This document shows positions 15,190 to 22,491 of a stretch of 50,230 bases of DNA, one piece after another. Origin of the DNA: a virus. Taxonomy: Duplodnaviria; Caudoviricetes. The notes beneath the pieces are model-generated. The model was given only the letters and a program-made list of their open reading frames with translations. It was not told the origin of the DNA and ran no database searches. Position 1 is the stretch's first letter; each line of letters opens with the position of its first letter. Position numbers and translations under genes: made by a program. Location: positions 1-50,230 of the IMG/VR virus record IMGVR_UViG_3300027743_000008; one strand, written 5' to 3'.

Positions 15190-15735
15190 ATGGCCGTCGT
15201 CGTCACACCCTACGCCACCCTGTCCTTCCCCACCCTGTTCACGCCCAAGCCGAGGGCCGAAGGCGGCGAACCCGTCTTCTCCTGCGCGCTGCTGTTCGAT
15301 GAAGCCGCCCAGAAGTCCAAGGAATACAAGGCGATGCAGGACGCCTGCGTCACCGCTTTCAAGGACAAGTTCGGTGCAGCCGCGCAGATGAAGGGCGCGA
15401 CCTTCCCGTTCAGGGACGCCGCCGAGAAGTCCGACAAATACCAAGGCTACGAGGAAGGTGTCGTCTACATCAACCCGTGGTCGAAGCAGAAGCCCGGCAT
15501 CGTCAACGCCCGCCTTCAGGACGTGCTGCTGCCGGACGAGGTCTACGCCGGGCAGTTGGTTAGGGCGCAACTAACGCCGTTCGCATGGACGAACAGCGGC
15601 AAGAAGGGCGTCTCGTTCGGCCTCAACAATCTCCAGATCGTCAAGCACGATGCTCCGCGCATCGACGGTCGCGTCTCCGCCAACAAGGCGTTCGACGCGG
15701 TCGGCGAGCCTGAAGACGAAGACATGCCGTTCTAG
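15190..15735 (+). CDS. DUF2815 single-stranded DNA-binding protein
   Basis: LSFPTLF, PFRD, EVYAG, GVSFGLNNLQ and an acidic tail EDEDMPF. Confidence 0.9.
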   Translation: MAVVVTPYATLSFPTLFTPKPRAEGGEPVFSCALLFDEAAQKSKEYKAMQDACVTAFKDKFGAAAQMKGATFPFRDAAEKSDKYQGYEEGVVYINPWSKQKPGIVNARLQDVLLPDEVYAGQLVRAQLTPFAWTNSGKKGVSFGLNNLQIVKHDAPRIDGRVSANKAFDAVGEPEDEDMPF

Positions 15736-15766
15736 GGCGATGACCAACGCCGAAGGAGAGACAGGC

Positions 15767-16117
15767 ATGAACACGTCAGCAATGGAAAAAGAATTGGAGC
15801 AGAGTATCAGCGTTGCGCTCCAAACCGGCGGCGACCTACCCCGGATCACCCCCCGGACGGAACGGTCGCTGCCGGACCAGATCGCCCAGCTTGAGCGCAT
15901 CAACCGCGCCGTAGACGAAAGAATACGTCAGGAACGGCTGACGCTTCGGAACAGCTACGAGCGGCAGGTCGTTGAGGTCCGCGCGGTATTCGACGTGCGC
16001 ATCAGCGACGAGGTGTCCAAGCTGGAGCAGGCCAGAGACGCCGAGCTTCTCGCCTTGACGGAGGAAACGAGCCGCAAGCTCCACGATCTGGAGCAACTGG
16101 CGCGACGTCAGGGCTGA
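15767..16117 (+). CDS. Coiled-coil hypothetical protein
   Basis: AAGGAG upstream; helical, charged sequence. Confidence 0.7.
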   Translation: MNTSAMEKELEQSISVALQTGGDLPRITPRTERSLPDQIAQLERINRAVDERIRQERLTLRNSYERQVVEVRAVFDVRISDEVSKLEQARDAELLALTEETSRKLHDLEQLARRQG

Positions 16118-16125
16118 GAGGGGAA

Positions 16126-16163
16126 CCCGGAGGGCCGTCGTGTGGGAGCGATAGCCTTCCGGG
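16126..16163 (+). other. Intergenic stem-loop
   Basis: cccggagggccgtcg pairs with cgatagccttccggg (G-U pairs, one mismatch); no U-tract. Confidence 0.4.
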
Positions 16164-16290
16164 CCACGGGGTGAGTTTCAGGCTTCATCGCTGCGACGGG
16201 AGGAGTTCTTGCCGCAGCGGAAATACCATATCCGACAAAATCCGAAATGGTAAGCTTGTCCCGGTGGACAGGCATCGAGGAGACACGTCA

Positions 16291-16488
16291 ATGTTCGTGA
16301 CCTATCGTGGATATCGTCTTGAGAGGATCGCCCCAAGCCGCGTCGACGTCATCGACCGCAAGACGCTGGCGTTCCGCAAGACGACGCGGACGTGGGACGA
16401 AGCCATCGCATGGATCGACGAGAAGACCGGCCAAAAAGGAGAGACAGCCAATGCCGACCACCAAGAAAGAGCCACCCTCCACCAATAG
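16291..16488 (+). CDS. Small hypothetical protein
   Basis: GAGGAG upstream; TYRGYR...EAIAWID pattern typical of small phage proteins. Confidence 0.6.
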   Translation: MFVTYRGYRLERIAPSRVDVIDRKTLAFRKTTRTWDEAIAWIDEKTGQKGETANADHQERATLHQ

Positions 16489-16768
16489 GCGCGTCGAGGA
16501 ACTCAAGCAGTTCCTCAAGCCCGTCAATGGTCTCAGCAACAGCGAGAGCCTGTTCCTGCATGACGTCATCGGGCAGGTGCTGGCCCTGTTCAACCAGACG
16601 GACGGCAAGGAACGGCACTTCCTGACGCTGGTGTTCACCCGCGAGAGCAGTGACGACTACCCGTTGATCAGCATGGACACGATCTCTTCCCTGAGCAGCC
16701 GCAGCTACGCGCTGTCTCTGGTCGAGGAGTGGATCGCCCGCAGCAAGGCGGATGCCCGCAAGCCATGA
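16451..16768 (+). CDS. Hypothetical protein
   Basis: AAGGAG upstream; stop overlaps the next start. Confidence 0.65.
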   Translation: MPTTKKEPPSTNRRVEELKQFLKPVNGLSNSESLFLHDVIGQVLALFNQTDGKERHFLTLVFTRESSDDYPLISMDTISSLSSRSYALSLVEEWIARSKADARKP

Positions 16769-16998
16769 GCAGCCTGACACCCCGCGAGAGACAGGTCGTC
16801 GACATGGTGGCGCGCGGCCTGCGCACCAAGGTCATCGCTCATGAGTTGGGCATTACCTACGGCACCGCCAAGCTGCATATCCACAACGCCTATACCAAGC
16901 TGGGGATCAGCAGCCGCATCGAGCTGCTGCATTGGAAGCAGCGGCAGCCGGTGCTGCGCCCGGTCGAGGAGATCGACTGGATGCAGGCTGCCGAATGA
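16765..16998 (+). CDS. Stand-alone LuxR/GerE-type HTH regulator
   Basis: LTPRERQV...G...K.IA.ELGI...TAK.HI.N.Y.KLGI.SR. Confidence 0.9.
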   Translation: MSSLTPRERQVVDMVARGLRTKVIAHELGITYGTAKLHIHNAYTKLGISSRIELLHWKQRQPVLRPVEEIDWMQAAE

Positions 16999-17072
16999 GT
17001 GTCGGCGACTGGTGGATCGTCTGGTTCGTGACGCTCGCCGCGCTGCTCGCCGCCGTCTGGTACTCGGCCTGA
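16995..17072 (+). CDS. 25-aa hydrophobic peptide MSVGDWWIVWFVTLAALLAAVWYSA
   Basis: ATGA overlap with the LuxR-type gene; last ORF before the convergence point. Confidence 0.45.
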   Translation: MSVGDWWIVWFVTLAALLAAVWYSA

Positions 17073-17107
17073 TCTAAAAAATCTAAAAATTTATGCGGGG
17101 GTCTGCG

Positions 17108-17962
17108 TCATCCATAGGCGCGACGCCCTTGTGACAGGACGGGAAGCCCGGTCACCGGATCGAGCTTCCCGGCCATGCCGATGTCTCCGACCTTGAACAG
17201 GTCCGCCAGCGGCTGGCTATCAACGCGGGGCGCTGGGGCTACCACTGGCGGGGCCTGCCCTTCCACCTCGGCGTTGGCCGAGGCGAAATCAAACTCTGGT
17301 AATGGCGCTTGGTTCTGGTCGAGCGGGCTGTAGATGAGACCGCCGCTGTCTCCTCTGGAACGGCGTCCACTGGGTGACCCATCATAGGCGTCGGCGAAGT
17401 CGTCGGCCAGCGTTCTCTCCCGGCTCGGCACCAGCGAGATCGGGCTGTCGTCGGACTTCGGCCGGTTGAACGCGGTGGCGTCCAGCACGGGTCCGGGATT
17501 GTAGAGGGTGGTCGCGCCGACGTCGGCACCGGAACCACCTCCAGCAGCCTCGACCGGGCCGGAGACACGGGCCTTGCCGCTCATGCCGCTGATGCCGTCG
17601 TAGGCCCCGATGCCGTTGTTCTTGGCCCCCATCCAGTCGCCCCAGCCTTTCTTGCTGGCCCAGTCGAGCGAGAAGGCGACTTGTTGTTTCCAAGTGGAGG
17701 GGTCTCTGGCGTCCAGTCCCGTCCGGGCGGTGAACTCGTCGCCCAGCCCGGCGTTCGGCATCGCCCGAGACATGCCGCCGTAGTGCAACTGGAACGGCCC
17801 GAACGACGAGCCGTCGTCGCCGCCGTGGTCCGGCTGCTCCGGGTCGAACACGTTGAGCGCCTCGGTCTGGGCGACACGCACCGCGACGTCCGGGTCGATG
17901 CCGCGCTTCGTGGCCTCCTGCCGGATGAACGCTTCCATTTCCCCGTAGGCTCTGGCTGGCAT
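17108..17962 (-). CDS. Virion-associated lysozyme-like / lytic transglycosylase protein
   Basis: IRQEA..RGIDP..A.RVAQTE...SFGPFQL...W..W.GA N-terminal domain followed by a low-complexity tail. Confidence 0.7.
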   Translation of the reverse strand: MPARAYGEMEAFIRQEATKRGIDPDVAVRVAQTEALNVFDPEQPDHGGDDGSSFGPFQLHYGGMSRAMPNAGLGDEFTARTGLDARDPSTWKQQVAFSLDWASKKGWGDWMGAKNNGIGAYDGISGMSGKARVSGPVEAAGGGSGADVGATTLYNPGPVLDATAFNRPKSDDSPISLVPSRERTLADDFADAYDGSPSGRRSRGDSGGLIYSPLDQNQAPLPEFDFASANAEVEGQAPPVVAPAPRVDSQPLADLFKVGDIGMAGKLDPVTGLPVLSQGRRAYG

Positions 17963-19515
17963 CACGGTTTCTCCGGCGCTTTGAACGGCTTCACGGGGGG
18001 TGGGCGCTGGTAGTAGTTATCCCATTGCAGGAACCTCGGCACGTCCTCGGTCAGCTCCGGCCGGGTGTTGTTGAGGTCGCGCAGCGACATCTTGGCCCGC
18101 GTCGACATGTTGCGCGCCGATGTCTCTCCGCCTTCGGTCCAGTAGCCAAGCCCTTCCGAGTTCCAGTTGTTGATCTCGCCGTAGTCTCTCATTCCTTCGG
18201 GGAGCAGGTATTTCTTGTCGATGTCGTTCTGCATGGACGGGTTGTCGAGCGCCCACTGTTTGTTGAAGTTTCTGAGCTTGATGTGTTCCGGCGTCTCCGC
18301 TGTCGCCCTCATGTCTTCGGGGATGGTTTTCAACCAAGCGTCCTCGGCTGCCCAGTAATCCTGCGTTCGCTGGTTGATCGCCGCCTCGTGGCGAGACAGC
18401 GCCCCGTAGACATCATCGCGCACGTTACGGCCAGCCTGTGCCGCGCCGGGAGACGACGGGCTGAAGCCGCCGGGCATGTCGAACATGTTCTGCGTCTTGT
18501 GGCCGATCTCATGGATGGTGGTGCCGAGTTCGTCGTGTCCTCCGGCTCTGGCCACGACGCTACCCTTCGGGTTGAGAGACGTCGGGATGTTGAACACCCC
18601 GGCAGCCGGGGTGGACCCGGACATGAGAGGCCCGCTCGGCCTGAACATCGGGGTGCTGAAGATTTCCTCCAGCCCCGGCTCGTTGAACAGCGCCGGGTGG
18701 TCGACGAAATCCGGCACTTTCGGTTTCGGGTAGGCGTGCAGCGACGAGTAGTCGTTCGGCTTCATCTCCCACATCTCGTTCGTCAGCGGGGCGCGGTAGA
18801 GCGGCTTGGTCGGAGAGAAATCGACCCCGAACGGCAGAAATGGCTGATCAGGATCGGGCTGCTCGCCTTTGGTCAGTTGCTCGCGCCGTAGCGGTAGTTT
18901 ACCTACGCCGTCGTCGCTCGTATCGACGTCGGTGCGCAGCTTGGCCCCGACGTCCGGCGTCTCGGTGATCCATTGCTCGTCGCGGTAGTTCGCGCCGTTC
19001 CATCCGGCGGGGCGGTACTTCTCCCAGCCCCATTGTTTCCAGATATCGTCCGGGTTGACGCCGCGCGCCGCGTCTTCGAGCGCCGCCCGCTTGAACAGGT
19101 TCGGCACCATGTGCAGGATGGCTGGCTTGAGCACCGAGGAGACAGCCCCGGCTGCCGCGTGGCCTCCGGGGACGGCGTCCGAGAAGGCCGACGCGAGGTT
19201 GAGCGCGCCGCTGGCGTAGTCGCCCTGCTCGATGTCTCCCATGCCCTCGTTGGTGTCGGCACCGGCATTTACCCCCGGCACCAGCCCGACCAAGCTCTGG
19301 CTGTCGCGCAGGGCTTCGCCGTAAGGCTTGCCGGAGATGCCGCTCGCGGCCTTCGCCATCAGGTCGGCGATGCTCTCCGACAGGTAAGGGTCGCGGTTCT
19401 CCATGACCTGATGGGGCGCGGGCGTGAACTGGTTTCTCGGCAGCACCGTCGGCCCCAACGCACCCCGCGCAGGGGAGACACGTCCGGACAGCAGCTCGGC
19501 GAGCGGGTTGGCCAC
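17962..19515 (-). CDS. LPD23-like zincin domain protein (large polyvalent protein-associated)
   Basis: W..WGW...W..E..D, DHPALF..P.L, HEIGH..Q and Y....GE..ARN...R motifs. Confidence 0.68.
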   Translation of the reverse strand: MANPLAELLSGRVSPARGALGPTVLPRNQFTPAPHQVMENRDPYLSESIADLMAKAASGISGKPYGEALRDSQSLVGLVPGVNAGADTNEGMGDIEQGDYASGALNLASAFSDAVPGGHAAAGAVSSVLKPAILHMVPNLFKRAALEDAARGVNPDDIWKQWGWEKYRPAGWNGANYRDEQWITETPDVGAKLRTDVDTSDDGVGKLPLRREQLTKGEQPDPDQPFLPFGVDFSPTKPLYRAPLTNEMWEMKPNDYSSLHAYPKPKVPDFVDHPALFNEPGLEEIFSTPMFRPSGPLMSGSTPAAGVFNIPTSLNPKGSVVARAGGHDELGTTIHEIGHKTQNMFDMPGGFSPSSPGAAQAGRNVRDDVYGALSRHEAAINQRTQDYWAAEDAWLKTIPEDMRATAETPEHIKLRNFNKQWALDNPSMQNDIDKKYLLPEGMRDYGEINNWNSEGLGYWTEGGETSARNMSTRAKMSLRDLNNTRPELTEDVPRFLQWDNYYQRPPPVKPFKAPEKP

Positions 19516-19516
19516 G

Positions 19517-20248
19517 TCAGAACCTCCTGCCCGGCAGCGGCTGCGCCTTGGGTACGCCCGCTTGGCCTATCGTCCTGACGTTGAACAGCTCGGCAAGCGG
19601 GGCCATCGAGTTTTCGAGTTGCGCCAAAAGTTTCGGGGCCGGACTCGGAGTCGGAGCTGCTTGGCCCGTGTCTCCAAGGTCTGTCTCCAAGGAGACATTT
19701 GGTGTCTCCTGTCTCCTGCCCTCTCGCAGCATGGGTTGGGCTTCTTCGGTCCTTCTTGTCGACGAAGCCGAAGGCAAGCTTCCAGCCGAGGTCTCGGCCA
19801 ACGCATTTATTTCATCGCGGCCCGGCGGCGTCTGCACGATGCCGTTCGCCAGCAGCGTGCCGATATCGGGCGGCGGCGCAAGGGACGTCGCGTTCCCTGC
19901 ACCGCCGCCACGCGCGCCAGCGAGTTCGATGTGCCAGTTCTCGTTTCCCAAGGGGAAGCCGAGGCCGTACCTCGCCGCATTGTCATGCGCCCACTGCAAC
20001 GCCGCCGGGCTTGCGAATTGGAGGTCCGCAGCCAGCCCCTTGTTGTGGTAGCTGTGGCCGGGCGGCGCAACCCATTTTCGCGCGGCTTGGGGCGAGCCAT
20101 ACTTCTGGAGCGCCCTGTTCCAGAGCTGTTGCTGTCTCGCGACATCGCGATAGCCGGACCCGACCGAGATGCCGGGGCTGGCCGCGATGAAGCTCTGGAG
20201 CGCGCTCCCGAAGTTCGGCACGAAATCCTGAAAGCCGGAGAAGGCCAT
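19517..20248 (-). CDS. M15-family (VanY-like) peptidoglycan peptidase, virion-associated
   Basis: SGYR...QQQL, APPGHSYHNKGLAADL, NAARYG and ENWHIE motifs. Confidence 0.87.
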   Translation of the reverse strand: MAFSGFQDFVPNFGSALQSFIAASPGISVGSGYRDVARQQQLWNRALQKYGSPQAARKWVAPPGHSYHNKGLAADLQFASPAALQWAHDNAARYGLGFPLGNENWHIELAGARGGGAGNATSLAPPPDIGTLLANGIVQTPPGRDEINALAETSAGSLPSASSTRRTEEAQPMLREGRRQETPNVSLETDLGDTGQAAPTPSPAPKLLAQLENSMAPLAELFNVRTIGQAGVPKAQPLPGRRF

Positions 20249-20258
20249 CCGTGTCTCC

Positions 20259-22490
20259 CTACTTCACGGGCTGTGCCGGGCGCAGCAGGTTGGTCCCGAT
20301 CTGCCTGACCGACCCGTCCGGCATCCTGATGCGGTACATGTTCCCGCCCCGGCCGATCTCGACGACAGTGCCGCTCTGGCCGGACATCGGGTCGTCCTCG
20401 TCGGTGATGACCAGCGGCTGCCCGACCTTGGCGTGGAAGGGTGGTTCGTCCGTCATCTTCTGGCCCGACGTCGCTCCGACGGCAGCCCGCGCCGCCGACT
20501 GGGCGAGTGGCTCCTTGTCGAACAGTCTTGTCAGCCCGGCTTCGTTGGTCAGCAGCCCGGCCTTCACGCGCTTGACGACCGGGTCGATCATCGCCGCAGC
20601 GATGGCTCCTTTGATGCCCGCGAGGACGCCGCCGGTCACGGCCCTTGTGCTGTTCGAATACCCCTCCCCGAGGGTGCTGCCGGTGGCGGTCGGGACCGCG
20701 CGCTTTCCGGCACGCGAGGCTTCCGCCGCCGACACCGTCGCGATGTCGTCGATCATCCGCTTGTGCGTCGGGTTGTTCTTTGTGACACGGTTCTTCCAGC
20801 GGTCGCTCTTGTCGGTCCAGTCGGTGGTCATGGCTTTCGGGTCGACACGTTCCGGATCGATTGAGCGACCGGCGTTGGGGCCGCGCAAATCCAGTTCCAG
20901 TGCGTCGGCCAGTACCTCGTTGAGCGGCTTCGGCGTGTGTCTCTCGTAGGGGGCGAGCTGCCGGACGCTGCCCTTGTTGGCCCCTCCCAACAGCCGGTTG
21001 TAGGCTTGGGCTTCGGGCGCTGCTTCAGCGATGTCGGTGCTGGCGGAGGTGGATGTCCCCCGGTGCTTCTGGACCTGCGCCTCCTGCCTGCGCAGCTTGT
21101 TGTAGGCTTGCTGCTCGACGTCGAAGTCGAGAGGGCCTCCGGCGTTTGCTGTCTCCCGCATCATGTCGGTGAGTGCCTCGTAGGCCGGGGCGTTGACGTC
21201 CGGGTGCGTGTCTTCGTTGCGAAGAAGTTTCCCGGTGTCGGTGCGGATTTTCTTGGCCGCGCCGTAGGGCATCGTCGGCGTCGGCACGTCCATCGAATTG
21301 GGGTCGATGTCGAGTTCGTACTTGCGGCGAACGAGGGCGCGCATCCGCTTCGCCTGATCGTTGATGACCGGCGTGGTGTCGCGCTTCTTCATCAGGTCGG
21401 TGAGGACTTGGTCGATCTGCATGGCGTCGGTCGGAGACAGCGAGCCTGCCTGCTTTTCCAAGGCTTCTTGGATGTCGCTCATCTTCTGGTGGATGGTGGT
21501 CTCGGCGTTCCCCATCATGGCGATGATGCGGTCGCCGATGGTGTCCTTGGTGATCGGCGTGTTGCTCGGGCGACCGCGGATTTTCTCGGTGACGTCCTGC
21601 TTGGCCCGGTCGTAGCCGCCGAACTGCTCGCGCCGTGTCTCCAGCACCTTCTTGCCGGGTCCGACGTCGCGGGCTAGCCGGTCCTCCATCGCACCCAAGG
21701 TCTTGGGAGCCAGAATACCCCCAGTGATCGGGATTTGGGCGTCGTTCTGCGCGTTGAGGCGCTGGATGGCGCGCAGGGTGTTCTCGCTGCGGTCGTTGAG
21801 GTTGTAGTAATGCTTGATCCCACCCTTGACCGCCGGGGCGACACCTCCGGCCAGCACGCCGCCAAGCCCGGTGCCGATCTCCTTGCCGATGTCTCCGCCG
21901 ACGAGATCGCCAAGCTCGCCAGCGCCATAAGAACCGGCATAGCCAGCGCCCTCGGTCGCGGCAGTGCGCCCGACAGCGCGGGCCGCGCCGCCGCCGACGT
22001 GCTTGGCGATGGTCGGCAGGGTCTTCGCGCCAGTGCGGGCCAAGGCCGTGCCGATGGACGCCGGGATGCTGGCCCCGGCGCTGATGATGGCTTCGACTGC
22101 GGCGGGTCCGACCATCGCCGTCCAGTCGTTCATGCTCTCGTAGCCGGGCAGCGGGTCGCCGACGACCTCATTGTAGGCGTCGGTGATCGGCGAGCGCACC
22201 GACTTGCGCTCGTAGGGTCGGCCGTGGCCCTCTTCCCAGAGATTTTTGCCGACTTCCCACAGGTACTGCGCGCCTTGGATCGGCAGGTCGGCGGTCTGCG
22301 CGAAGCCTTCCCCGGTGCCGCGCGCCAGCGTCTGCGCGCCCTTGCCAACGGTCTCCATCGTGCTGTCATCGGCGTTGCCAAGCTTGGCGTTCTCGTAGGC
22401 GATGACGCGGTCGATGACATCCAACGGCGTCTTGGTGTCATCGAAACGCATCAACCTGCCGTCGGACAGCGGGCGCAGTATCTGGGTCAT
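20259..22490 (-). CDS. Internal virion / DNA ejection protein with a C-terminal KOW/SH3-like segment
   Basis: Long helical Gly/Ala-rich ORF at the position typical of podovirus ejection proteins. Confidence 0.65.
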   Translation of the reverse strand: MTQILRPLSDGRLMRFDDTKTPLDVIDRVIAYENAKLGNADDSTMETVGKGAQTLARGTGEGFAQTADLPIQGAQYLWEVGKNLWEEGHGRPYERKSVRSPITDAYNEVVGDPLPGYESMNDWTAMVGPAAVEAIISAGASIPASIGTALARTGAKTLPTIAKHVGGGAARAVGRTAATEGAGYAGSYGAGELGDLVGGDIGKEIGTGLGGVLAGGVAPAVKGGIKHYYNLNDRSENTLRAIQRLNAQNDAQIPITGGILAPKTLGAMEDRLARDVGPGKKVLETRREQFGGYDRAKQDVTEKIRGRPSNTPITKDTIGDRIIAMMGNAETTIHQKMSDIQEALEKQAGSLSPTDAMQIDQVLTDLMKKRDTTPVINDQAKRMRALVRRKYELDIDPNSMDVPTPTMPYGAAKKIRTDTGKLLRNEDTHPDVNAPAYEALTDMMRETANAGGPLDFDVEQQAYNKLRRQEAQVQKHRGTSTSASTDIAEAAPEAQAYNRLLGGANKGSVRQLAPYERHTPKPLNEVLADALELDLRGPNAGRSIDPERVDPKAMTTDWTDKSDRWKNRVTKNNPTHKRMIDDIATVSAAEASRAGKRAVPTATGSTLGEGYSNSTRAVTGGVLAGIKGAIAAAMIDPVVKRVKAGLLTNEAGLTRLFDKEPLAQSAARAAVGATSGQKMTDEPPFHAKVGQPLVITDEDDPMSGQSGTVVEIGRGGNMYRIRMPDGSVRQIGTNLLRPAQPVK

Positions 22491-22491
22491 G

